Shown one piece after another: positions 40,001-52,065 of a DNA stretch of 64,000 nt. A program made the position numbers and the translations under genes. Source of the DNA: Sarea resinae. Lineage: Eukaryota. How positions within the stretch are numbered: the first letter of the stretch is position 1; every line of letters starts with the position of its first letter. Location of the stretch: positions 124,001 to 188,000 of the forward strand of contig JAPEUD010000040.1 of NCBI GenBank assembly GCA_026026165.1. The letters are read 5' to 3'. The notes under the pieces are model-generated. The model did no database searches and was not told where the DNA came from. It worked only from the letters and a program-made list of their open reading frames with translations.

Positions 40001-41199
40001 AGAGCACTCTCCTCGGCCGTTGCCCCTCCTCTCCACCCTGCGGTATCAGATCACCCCTCTCTCGTCTAAGCAGAGGATCTGCACGGCACATACACAGTAG
40101 CGACTCGCCCAACCGTCGCGTTCTCTCGTTCGTTCGTTCGCTGACCAACAAGCTCCCGAATTGCAATCTCCTCGTCCTGCGGCAGGCGAGCAACCGAGCG
40201 GGCGAGCGAGCGGGTCTTGTCCGTCGATCTATCGGCTGGGATGGTCGTCCCATCCAGTCGGCATGGCCTTCCTGAGCCAGTGTCGCCTTGCCTCACTCTG
40301 GCCTCCTGGCCTTACTAAGCGGCCGTCCGTTCCCCAACGTGCAACGTGCTAGAGTAGAGGAGGTCGTAGGTAGAGTACTAGTAGTCGTCGGGGATGACTC
40401 TTCATGAACGTTTTCCGAGTAATATCCATCTCTACGCCAAGGTACGGTACCTACACAGGTCACTCTACCTGGCATTGTACTGCTCCAACAGCGAGCGGCA
40501 TGTCGAAACGACTCGAGACGAAACAAAACGAAACACGAGAGAATTCTCGAAACCCAAAAATTAGGCCTCATACGCGTCAGCTCTAGAGAGGCTGTTTTTG
40601 TCATCGTTGGTAAAGGCAACATCCATGGATTCTAGCCCTTTGATCATATCAAGCGCAACGATCGAGGATCGAGAGCCTCGAATCAAGTCGGGTTCGGGGA
40701 GAGAATTAATAGAACAGAATTAGCTGCCTACCTCGACTTCGTGTGTCCCAGGTAGGTACTCTCCCTCACCTACATACTCCGGAGTACGGGAATAACAGTG
40801 ATGTTTCGACCCTTGCTTACCCGCCCCGCGCCCTCCCCTCCCCCCCCGGGCGACTCGGGGCGGTTGTACCTGCACTCGAATCCAACTTGCAGACGGGGAG
40901 CGCCTCTGATGATACGTAAAGTAGTGCTCTTTTCCCGGGGTTGATTATCGTCGTGCACACGAAGACAGAACACTTCATTCATGGCTGTCTAGGTCAGGTA
41001 AGGTACTCACAGCTTCGTCCGAAGCCTTACAGTACTCCTAGAGTAGAGTAATAAGAAAATGCCAGCCGCACAGTACGGAGTACTATCCAATGCCTGTCGC
41101 CCATATCCTATACCGACCGCCACCAACCTTCCCTGGCAGTGCTTATATTTCTTTAGTAGAATATATTCTTCTTAAGTCGCACGTTCATCATTCACACCA

Positions 41200-41286
41200 G
41201 CCCGGGTGGCACAATTGGTTAGCGCGTGGGGCTTTTATCACTAAAAGATCACCTCAAGGTTGCGAGATCGAGACTCGCCTCGGGCG
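41200..41286 (+). tRNA. tRNA-Lys(TTT) with a 13-nt intron (41238-41250)
   Basis: Acceptor stem GCCCGGG/CTCGGGC; anticodon stem TGGGG/CCTCA; loop CT-TTT-A; intron TAAAAG pairs with CTTTTA; T stem GCGAG/CTCGC; discriminator G. Confidence 0.9.
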
Positions 41287-41291
41287 GCATA

Positions 41292-41298
41292 TTTTTTT
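41292..41298 (+). terminator. RNA polymerase III oligo-T terminator
   Basis: T7 run 5 nt after the tRNA discriminator base. Confidence 0.8.
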
Positions 41299-41537
41299 CT
41301 CTTTCCATCCCACAATCCTCTCCCCTCCTCCCGCCCACTTCCTCTTTTCTGGGTCTTTATAGTACTAGTTCTGACACCGCTTTTTGATGCGGCTTGATAT
41401 GGTAGGTAGATACATATGTTATTGCTTTTAGATCCGCGTTTTCATGTTTTGCTGGTAGCACAGAGTACTTTACATAGCGAGAATTAAGAGCTGTTCTAAT
41501 AGATTGATTAATCAATTAACTAATCAATCAAATCTTT

Positions 41538-41725
41538 TTTTTCTCTTGTCAAATAACTACAAAGTCAACTGAAACCCTTCTTACTGAGGTAGGCCTACCT
41601 ACACATGTATTACTACTACCACTAGTACTACTTTTTCTCTTGTCAAATAACTACAAAGTCAACTGAAACCCTTCTTACTGAGGTAGGCCTACCTACACAT
41701 GTATTACTACTACCACTAGTACTAC
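41538..41725. repeat. Tandem duplication of a 94-bp AT-rich unit
   Basis: CTCTTGTCAAATAACTACAAAG...CACTAGTACTAC starts at 41543 and again at 41637. Confidence 0.92.
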
Positions 41726-42032
41726 TACTACAGTACTTACTAGCTTAGAGAATATCCTTATTCCCTTTTTCCTTTTCCCTTTTTCCTTGTTTTTCTTAGA
41801 AGTTTCCTTAGTTAGATATCAATACCAAATTGAAAATATGCTGTATTATATCGTGTTACTCTAGAGTACCTAGTTTGCACGAGGTAAGGTAGACCAGACG
41901 GCGAGAAAAAGTGAAAAACAGCTAGAGATACTACTAGAGTCGTACGAGAACGGTCCGCTCTTTGAACTTGTTTATTTTATTTATTTATTTATTTGTTGGC
42001 TAGGTAAGTGGTAGGTAAGTGGTAAGTAAGGT

Positions 42033-42070
<38 letters not shown>
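42033..42070. repeat. (AGGC)n tetranucleotide microsatellite
   Basis: About 9 direct copies visible. Confidence 0.9.
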
Positions 42071-42071
<1 letters not shown>

Positions 42072-42281
42072 TAGGTAGGTAAGTGGGTAGGTAGCGTAGA
42101 GTAAAGGTGTCGTCAAGCAGTAATCTCCCCACCCCCCCTGCATCTCGCTCTATAGTATGTAGAGAAACATAAGAGAGTTGAATGGGTTTTCTACGAGTAG
42201 ATATCACTGGCTGAAGGAAGGTAGAGAGAGAGAGAGAGAGATAGACATGCAGGTACGCCCGCTAGAAGCCGACGCCGACAC

Positions 42282-42318
42282 CGAAACCGAAACCGAAACC
42301 GAAACCGAAACCGAAACC
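42282..42318. repeat. (CGAAAC)n hexanucleotide microsatellite
   Basis: About 6 direct copies visible. Confidence 0.9.
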
Positions 42319-42371
42319 AAAGCCAAAGCCAACGCCGGGAGCTCATCCGTCTTGCATCCTGTCCTAGCCCT

Positions 42372-44832
42372 TCATGCCGGCGGTTTGCCGGCCACGGTAG
42401 GGGTAGTCGTAGCAGGTGTCGTCTTTGCTGGCACAGGAATAGTGGTGGTGGTAGAGGGAGTATGAGGTGTAGCCGCAGCAGAAGCAGAAGCAGAAGCAGA
42501 AGCAGAAGCAGAAGCAGCAGGAGCAGCACCAACACCATTCACAGGGCCATTCTTCGCCGTCAGAGGTGGAGTCGCCGTCGTAGCCACCGTTGCCGTCGGC
42601 GCCGTCGTGGTCGTCACATTCGTCACACTCGACACGTTCGTCATATTCGCCGTCGACGTGGTCCCAAAGAACCGCTCCGGCACCCCCCTAGCAGCAGCGC
42701 CAATCGGCCCCACAAAACACCCGAGCAGGTTACTCCAGCGGCAACTGCCGGCCTCGAGTTTCTGGAGCTCCTTGTACGCGTACGAGTTCAGGTACGGCAG
42801 ACCCGTGGCTGGGTCGCGGAACTTGGCGACGCGCGCCGTTATGACGCATTGTTCGGCGACCGGTTCTAGATGTCGTCCAACACAGATTAGCGAGTGGTCA
42901 CATTTGCGCTGGGACGGAGGGAAGGGGAGACGGCAAGGGTATAGAGGTAAGTGGTTGAGTCTCGTCGCATCTCGCTTTTGCTTTTGTCTCGGCAAGCCAC
43001 ACGCGTGCAGGCCGGGGAACACGGGAGGACCGATCTCACGGGCTGTTGGGTGCCTTGCTGCCTGGGGCTTGGTATGCAGGGAATTGGGTCGGGACGAACT
43101 TACTTGGAGGCCGCGTGAAACGACGGAGTTTGAGGAGGATACGACGCTGCGTGTCTTTGTCGCGCACGGCGAGCGGGTCGAAGTTCTTCAGAACGATCAG
43201 GTTGCGGGTCGAGTACTCGACTACGGGTGGCGGCTGTGGCTTGGATGGAGGAACGGGAACGACTGCATCTGCGTTTGCGTCTGCGTCTGCATTTGCGTCT
43301 GTGTGAACCTTGGGGCCATCTGGAGAGGTCTTGAGGTGCTTCTCATGCTCCGACAGTGAGGCGTAATCATGTATGCCATCTAGGAAGCCCTCGGGACCGC
43401 GTGCGGGCGCGGGAGGCTGCTGCTCCGTATAGTTGTTTCCCGTCGATTGATTAGCTGTCGATGCTTCGGGACCAGCTTTGCTGTTTTTTGAAGATTCGAC
43501 AGTGGCAGAGGCTACCGACTCGTTGTTCTGGGATTGCGTCTGGGTGGATGATGTATTGCTGTCCTTGGCCTGCGCCGGGGAAGCTGCTGGCTGGCTTTCC
43601 CGAGAATGACCATCTCGAAATTCGGGGCCTGGTTGAGGACTGTGGTTCTGAGATCTGATCGTCGGAGGTGATACTGGGATCGGGGTTTCGTGATTGTGCT
43701 CATCTGCCTGGGCTTTAGGAGACGCTGGGGCTGGAGACTCGCGTTCATCTGTCTGCTTCTTGAGACTCTCGGATCTAGGTGATGCATCCGGCAGAATATC
43801 GAGCTCTCGAACCTTTTCATCCTGAGTGGGAGGTGATTGTATTTTGGAAGCTTCGTTTTCGGCGTTGATGATTATCGTATCGTCCTTATTACGCGCATGA
43901 TTATCATCTCCCGGCTCCTTTTGGACTTCCTTTCTCTTAGTCCTCTTTCCGACATGGACTATCTTCCCGTTTATCCATTCCATAGGACCGCTCCAATGCG
44001 TGATCACGGGCCCATCAAGTTGTCGATTTTGCAGCGCCTCAAGCCTTGCCTTTTGCTCCTCGGCGCGCTTCTTCTCAGCCTCTTCCCACCTGTTCAGGCT
44101 CTTGCTGTTCAACTGCTCGATCTTCTCCGCCTCAGCCAACCTATCCGCCTGCGTCATTTCCTTCGGCTTGTTCAGCTCCTTTCTCTTGGCTGCCGCTTCC
44201 ATTACAGCAAGTTGCTGAATCCTCCGTTTCTCCGTCTCTTTCATTCGCGCATGAATGACCGCCTTGTTCTGAACGGTCAATTTTCGTGACGATGAGCGAG
44301 TCGGTCCTTCGTCGACAGTAGGGATCCACGAGAGCCGCTCTGACTTCTTCTTTGATCGAGGCGCGGGCGTCATCGGCCCATCTTTGATCGCGGTTGGGTC
44401 CACCTTGACTTTCTTGTTTCGCAACGCCGGGGGCTTGAAGAACGCTTCCTGAGTTTTGCGTTTCTTTGCTAGTCGTTCGGCTCTTGCTTGCTTCTCCAGT
44501 TCCTTCTCCCCCTCGAGGTCCTCGTCGCCCGGGGCGCCGGCTGGTCCTTGATCTTCGTCATCAGATGATGATGAATCAAACTGAACATCCGACGCGTCAT
44601 CTGCCCCTTCGCCTTCGAATTCGACATCGTCCTCCTCTTCTGCAAAGAGCAGTTCAAGCTCGTCATCGGCTTCCTTGTCGAGCAGGGTCGCAAGGCGATT
44701 GCCGGCAGTTGCCCGCTTCTCACGCCCCGCTATCAGAGACTCCACAGGTGTTCCATCCTCGTCACTAGTCCCATCGTTGGATGAGCTCTCATCAGAATCG
44801 AGGGAGGCGTGGCGATGCTCTTCATCGGCCAT
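42372..44832 (-). CDS. VPS72: SWR1 complex subunit Vps72/Swc2 (YL1 family, H2A.Z chaperone)
   Basis: REKRATAGNRLATLL (YL1 N-terminal), acidic tract, MTQADRLAEAEKIEQLNSKSL; intron 43103-42866 joins the YL1_C domain CVITARVAKFRDPATGLPY. Confidence 0.9.
42478..42517. repeat. (GAAGCA)n microsatellite inside the VPS72 coding tail (Ala-Ser repeat)
   Basis: About 6 copies; encodes ASASASASASAS on the minus strand. Confidence 0.85.
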
Positions 44833-47305
44833 TTGGCCCTGTGGTTGATTCCGAGGGTCTGGATCGTAGGTGGAGCGGGTTCGGATTGCAATTTGTTTGC
44901 GCGTCGCGATCTAGAAGAGCGTGGAAGAGCCTGAATGCGGAGCGTGGATATGTTTGTCTAAAGAAGGTGAATGGATGTTTTAATTCTGGAGCTGTCTGAA
45001 TGGAGTGAATGATATCCTAGGCAATGGAGGCTCACGTCGCCTTCGTAGCAGTCCGAATATCAGCTCTCGTAGGTAGGCACATCAGCCCCAGCTTGACTTA
45101 CTTTCCATTGGGATCGGGGTTCCAGAGGTACGAAGTACTTCCTTCTCGGTTAGATCTTAGTACGAGATACGTCGCGGCTCTACCGCGCAGGACTGGTCGC
45201 TGGCCGCCGTAGTACAGCTCTCACGTACTCGGTGCCTTGGAAGTCTTGGCGTTGAGATGGAAGATTTTGATAGATCTAAATATAGCTGATCGACCTATTT
45301 TAAGGTCTCTCCATCTCCGCGCACGTCCATCTGCTAGGAAAGTCACTACGGAGTACGACTACGCGGTACCTGATCCGAAAGGAAAGACGGAGAGCCGAGT
45401 TCAGATGAAGAAAAGGGAAGACGAGATAAGACATGGCTAATGAACCGCGTCCACATTGAAACTCGAGTATTCGCATCATGGTTCGGAAGCAACGTCCCGA
45501 TGGGATGCGGACCGATCTTATGCCATGCAGTGCGATGCGATACGGGATGGTGATACCAGATCACCACCCGATGTGTTGGCCGTGTGGGCGGGCGTTGTGA
45601 CGGCCTGAGAAGCGAGACCGACCAAGATGGTGGTGGTGGTGGACCGAGGAGGCTGAGCTGAGCCCGCTGGAGATCCATGTGGTGAGAGACAGCTGGAGCG
45701 GAGTACCTTATGTTACTGCTACTGCAAGGATGGCGTACCGAGAAGAGGTTGTTTCAGGTCTGATTACCCAGAAGCCTTGAAGGGGCGACAGCCCGGATGG
45801 AAGTCCACTCTGGTGCTGGATGCACATCCAATACAGCATGGTCGGAGAGTTTTTGAAAGGGATCCTGGCTCGGCCTGCCCTGTTCTGCAGAAGACTCGCT
45901 GTACTCTGTACTCTCCTTGAGGCTTGACAGGGACAAGTGATGAGAACGTCTACGAGTACCAGTACGCCTTGATGCTGGAGGCCGCGCAACCTGCCGTTGC
46001 CGTTCAGGATCACAGACCACAGCGCTGGCTATTCGTCAATGGACGGTCCCCTCAATCAGGAATCTGATTGGTAGGGAAGCTGTCACAACTCCCCGGTGGA
46101 TCACAGGGCTACAAGGTAGGTCCTAGGTAGTGTTTCGGACACCCACTTCAGTGACTACCGTAGTGCATACGACATCCATGGATGGTAAGGCGAAGACGGA
46201 GAGAGGGGCGGCCGTGAGATTGTATTCACGATTCAAGAGCATGTCTTGGAGAGGTGTTGAAAGGCTTCATTGAGATATGAGTGCGCTCGTCGTGGTGGAC
46301 CACCGGGATCGCGTAAAGAGGACGAGAAATGCTCGAGCTTGTGCTGGGCCAGGGAAGCCCACTCCGTACGATAGTACGATAGAGAGTACTCGTACAGGGT
46401 GTACTCCGGAGTAGAGTACTGCGCCAGTACCTTACGAGGTGACTCGAACTGGGTACTGTACTGCGGTAAAGTGGAGTAGGTACTCTGTGAATCCATTGCC
46501 GTGTGGCTTTCTGTTACGGTAGCGACATCCGCGGCCCGCGGTCCTGAGAACACGAAATTCAAGCGGGCGGTGGTCCTCGGGCCCCCGTGATGGCTGGCCA
46601 CCTACCTAATAGAAGGTAGAAGTACAAACGTCTTCACCTGGCGAGCCATGATACAGGAACACGAATGGGATGGGCTGAGAGAACCGATCATAATGATGTG
46701 CCGTTTCAACGTCCTGCCGCAGTTGGCAGACCGCACCGACCGCAAGTGCATCACACTCCAGCTGGAAGCTCTGATTGGCAGTATTGGCATAGGCTGTTGC
46801 CATCCATAACCTACCATGGTAGGTTCCATGTCTGATTGCTGGCAGATTTTGATTCAGGGAGGGGAGAGATCAGTGTCAATGATGGGGGACTGGAATCAAG
46901 ATCAGAATCTCAATCCAAATCAAGATCACATATCTGGAGCAATCGTAAGGGTCTATGTAGTCGTCCTGTGCCATTCTCGCCCGTACCAGAGGTATGAATG
47001 AGTACATAGTAGAGGAGCCAGGGGAGTAGCTGTGCCATGGTCTCTCATGAAACGAACTTACGGATGCCGACGAAGTCTCTCAGGCCCATCCAAATGTCAA
47101 AAACAGTCAAACGCACGCAGAAGGACACTAGACGTTTCTCGATGGGATGCGATGGCTACTTTAGTCTACTTTGGTTCAAGTCGAACTCCTCGCGTCCTAT
47201 GCCAGCAGGAGCTATTACGACGGCGTACCGCTACTAGAGCTGCCCGTACTTGACTAGTCTCAGGGAACGAGACATGCACCAGGGAGGGCGACTGGCTTAC
47301 TAAGG

Positions 47306-47336
<31 letters not shown>

Positions 47337-48363
47337 TCGACTACTCCTTCTCCGTGCATCCCTACTGCTACGCCGTACGGCAAGGTACTCGATACCTCTG
47401 CTTGAACTTGATTCATGACTCTTGCGCTGTACCTTGTACACCTTCCTCTCTGCCACTCTTGCCCTCCCCTACCCATTTCCAAATTCCCGCCCAACCTTAC
47501 AACTTTCCCTTCCACGACGACGACGACCACCACCACTTTCTCTCCACCTCCCCATCATCTATCGCCATCGAGCACTCCTTGTAATCTTTATTCCTCATAC
47601 ATCTCATACACTCTCTCTTACTCACGTCCTCACCACTCTCTATCAACCCCATTCTTTTCTCCAGGCAGCCGGACTCAGAGACGACGAGGCCTGTTTATTG
47701 CTCAGCCTTTCCCCCCATCCCCTGTCGATCGTCCCCGTCCAAACGATAATCGTACCGTACCCAAGCTTCAACCGACAGGAACAACATCCTCTCCCCCCCC
47801 CAAAATCAGACATCCTACCCCTCCTATCACTACCATACATCACCACCAGCTTCTATTCGACAACTAGTCCAGTGGATTCGTCGACCCTTTCACGAAACGC
47901 CTGCCTGCGACGGACGACTTCTATTCTATACAACCGGTCATTGGTCCTGCTTTGGGCGACGGAAGCCATCCATCTCTTACCAAGCTTCTGGACGATCGTA
48001 TAATTCGCTCCGAGGAGAATATAATCAACGACTGCCTTTCCCTGTGCAGTCGTCGCATTTGCTATCCTTACGGGGTTTGGCTTTGCATCTACGGTCGTTG
48101 AGACGTTGATCGACTTCCCGCTGTGTCCGAATCGACAAAACGGTCGAGCAGCATCGATCCTGATCTGCATTTCTCATCACTGGCAACCTGCCTCATGCCT
48201 AGGCATCGTCTCTAGCACATTCGACAGAATAAATACTCTTGGACTGGAACATCCTTTCGCTCCACTCTCGATCTGCAGCTCGTTCCTGTCCCGGCGACGG
48301 ACACCATTCTTGTACCAGCTTGGTCCGGTCAAGGTGCAGACCCGATAATCTGCATAATCTATA

Positions 48364-51300
48364 ATGGCTCCCTCATCAAAGCCCGATTATCACATCAACC
48401 TCAACTACATCCCTCAACTCTCAGCTAGCCAACCCCACTCCGGCTCCTCCACAGCAAACACGTCCCCCATCGAATCATCCGCCGGCAATCCGATGAGGTC
48501 TGCTTTTGCGAATGCGAACGGATATGCGAGTGCTGGCAGTACGCCAGGTGCCACACGACTAGGGGCTGGTTCCCCTTCTCATGAGCTTGGCGGTAGACTG
48601 TACTCCAAACGGTAGGTCATGCCCTTTTTTTTTCCGTGCGCGAGGGTGAGTTTTGGTGAACCGCTATTGACGTCTCACTCTTGCCTAGTGCCCGGGAGAT
48701 ACAAAACCAAGAACGTCTGACTCCTAACTTCTGGGGCCCTCCGACCAGTGGTAACTCCACACCACTTCGCGAGAATATTCCAGAGTCGCCAACGGGCGAT
48801 GGCTTCCCTGACCTAATGCCACCGACAGAAGATGGCGCCCAGACTCCTGGAAAAAGAGCTCGAGCCGGTACAGTTCCCTCCCGGTTTTCCCCTGGGGGAG
48901 CTCTGAATGGGCATAATTTGCCCCCGTCAATGCTTCCGAAGTCTTCTCGTCCAACTCCTTCGACGAGCCCTTTTCAACCCGCATCGGTCTCGAATGGTGA
49001 TGCAAGGGACAGCAATATTTCTGCCACAGCCGCTGGGAATTCAGCATTACTTTCTCGTCTCCGAGCGGGATCAATGCCCCAGAGAACGAACTATGTCGGT
49101 AATGCGTCACCATTTGGACCGTCTCTATTCTCTACGACTTGGTCTAATGGTCGGGAACGTGCGACCACACTTACAAGCATCCACTCCAACGATCCATCTT
49201 CTCCAGCCCATTCGTCATATTCGAAAGAAGGCCTGAACGATAGCGATGTCAAGACTTTGGACTATCTGGGTCTCGTTGATACGCCTCAACAAGCTCGGGC
49301 TACGCTAGCCAGACCGACAATGGAAACTCTTATGGAAGGACAACGGGCTTCTGCCATGCAGCCTTTTATCGCCGATCTGGCTGGCTTGAAAAATTCGAGT
49401 CGATTCCGATCTTACTCTGTCAACGCCAAAGAGAAGTATGCAGAGGAAGAAGAGGATGAGCTGGACCACGCTTCGCGCTATTCTGGCTATCACAGTGGAT
49501 CTCTGACACCATCTGCTGCATCAGCGGCGGCCGCTCTCGCTGCAACGCAAGCTCAGATCCATCAACATAATCTTGCCGTTCAGGCCTTTGCCAACCACGC
49601 TTCAGCTAGTCGACCGAGGGCCAGGACGGCAGGTGTTCTCGAATCTCCTCCACAGAGGTCGATGAGGAGTTATTTGGCAACTCCTTCGAGGCTCGACAGT
49701 AGCATTTCCGCTTCAGATTTGATACCCGAGGGCGGCGATTATGATGGTCTTCCAGAAGCTGTTCAAGCAATGCATCTGAATGGCATGAATGGCCGATCCG
49801 CGACTGAGGGTGTTGATGAGCACAATCTCGAGGGCCCAACCAGGGCTCTCTGGCTCGGAAGCATCCCTCCCTCGACTACGGTGACTTCTTTGAATGCTAT
49901 ATTCGGCATCTACGGTCGGATTGAGTCTGCTAGGGTTCTAACGCACAAGAACTGCGGATTCGTCAATTTCGAGCACGTCGAGAGTGCGATCCAGGCTAAA
50001 TCACTTCTTAATGGCAAGGAAATCTTCCCCGGTGCTGGAGCTGTGCGTATCGGTTACGCAAAGGTTCCCAGCGCCTCTGCATCCGGCACTCCCGGACCCA
50101 ATGGCATTTTCCCCTCTCCGAGCCCGGATCCTCACAGCAAGGCCCAATCTGACGACGCCAGTGGCGCTGCCAACGGTCTTCAAGGCCCTAGTCAAGTCAA
50201 TGGGCAACAATCAAAGAATGGGTCGTCACTTGCTCTGGTGCCCGAGCTCTCGGATATGCAGACTGATATGCTCGACATTGTCACTCAATTCGGGGCCAAC
50301 GAAGATGAGCAGGTTCGAATCGCTGCAAGCATCGAAGAAGCAGTCGTGTACAACAATTATGAGCCGGAGATTCCTCCTATTCCAGAATCCAGCCACAATC
50401 GGATTCATGATGCACCGAGACTGAGAGAGATCCGGAAGCGCATTGATAACAATTCTTGTTCTCAAGCAGAGATCGAGGAGATTGCCATTGGCATGCTTCC
50501 AGAGATTGCCGAACTGTCTTCAGACTATCTGGGCAACACGGTTGTTCAGAAGCTCTTCGAGTATTGCTCTGAAAGCGTCAAAGAGTCGATGTTGACGGAG
50601 ATTGCGCCACACATGGCCGAGATTGGTGTGCACAAGAACGGTACCTGGGCGGCGCAGAAAATCATCGAAGTAGCCAAGACTCCCAGCCAGATGTCCATGA
50701 TTGTTGAGAATCTACGCCCGCACATCGTCTCCTTGTTCCTCGATCAGTACGGGAACTATGTGTTGCAAGGTTGTCTTCGATTCGGGTACCCGTGGGATCG
50801 AGCCATCTTCGAGACGATGCTCAGTCGTATGTGGGAAATCTCCCAAGGACGTTTCGGTGCGCGCGCCATGCGGGCTTGTTTGGAAAGCCATCATGCTACA
50901 AAGGATCAACAACGTATGCTCGCGGCTGCCATTGCTTTGCATAGTGTCCAGCTGGCAACAAATACCAATGGGGCTTTGCTTCTAACCTGGTTCTTGGATA
51001 CCTGCACCTTCCCGCGTAGGAGAACGGTCCTGGCTCCGCTTTTGGTGCCACATCTTGTCCATCTGTGCACACACAAAGTCGCATACCTCACCGTGCTGAA
51101 GGTCATTAACCAGAGGAACGAGTCCGAAGCCCGTGATACGATCCTCCGAGCTCTTTTCTTCTCACCAAACGATCAAAATCTTGAAGAAATACTCGCTGAT
51201 CAGAGCTGCGGAGCAACTTTGATATTCAAAGTGCTTACCACACCCTTTATCGAGGAGAGCATGCGGTCCGATATCGTCCAGAATGTTCGCAGCGTTCTGA

Positions 51301-52065
51301 CTCGTATCAAAGCACAACCGTCACAAGGATACAAGCGGTTGATGGATGAAGTTGGTCTGTCGACACGGAACGGAGGCCGTGAGAGCCACACCCCCCGCGA
51401 TAACCATATCGGTCGGACACAAAGCCGAGAGAGATCACGGCCTACATCTCAGCACACCTCGCTCAACCCGGCGGTTTCTCAGCCCGTTGAGAGACAAAGC
51501 AGTTCCCCATACTATCAACCCATGCCTCAACAGTATGACCCAGCGGACTCCATGCCACGTAGCGGGGCCGTGGATCCAAATGCTATTGCCGGTTATGACC
51601 AATTTGGTTTGAACGGGCTCCGTAACATGGGTAGTCCGATGTATGCACCAAATCCGATAGCGCCAATGACAGCTCAGCAGCTTCAATATCAACAGGCCAT
51701 GATCGCCGCTTCTACCCGTAACATGTCGGGATCTTACTATCCTGGGATTACCAGCGCAGGCCTAGCTGGGTACGCAGCGCCATCATCTCCTGGCGACAAC
51801 TTCAGGACTATGTCCGGTCATGGGTCGCCTATGGGCCCGCAGTCACAAATGAGTCCTCCGCCTATGTATGCGCAATCGGGTTTCGCCTCACCTGCGTTCA
51901 GTCCCATGATGGGCGGACAAATGATGGCCCCTGGTTTCCAGTATCAAATGCAGTACCTGCCGCCCCAGCCGCAGCAGCAACAAGGCGGAGGCCGAAGAGG
52001 AAGGGTGAGTGCACAATGAGTTTTCGTTGCTCATAGAATAGGACTGACGCCTCTAGCAGCGCTGA
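48364..52065 (+). CDS. RRM + Pumilio-repeat RNA-binding protein, Jsn1/Puf2-like; 3 exons
   Basis: RRM (PTRALWLGSIP..KNCGFVNF..VRIGYAK) followed by PUF repeats (SDYLGNTVVQKLFE, KNGTWAAQKII, DQYGNYVLQ); intron 48612-48688 and a short terminal intron before CAGCGCTGA. Confidence 0.9.

Noticed and set aside
41538..41725. Direct repeats considered as a CRISPR array or LTR pair
   Set aside because: Two adjacent copies with no spacer, eukaryotic context, no TG...CA LTR termini or internal ORF
42191..42538. ORF with a poly-Leu, signal-peptide-like start
   Set aside because: Alternative-frame reading of the GAAGCA and CGAAAC microsatellites overlapping the VPS72 3' end
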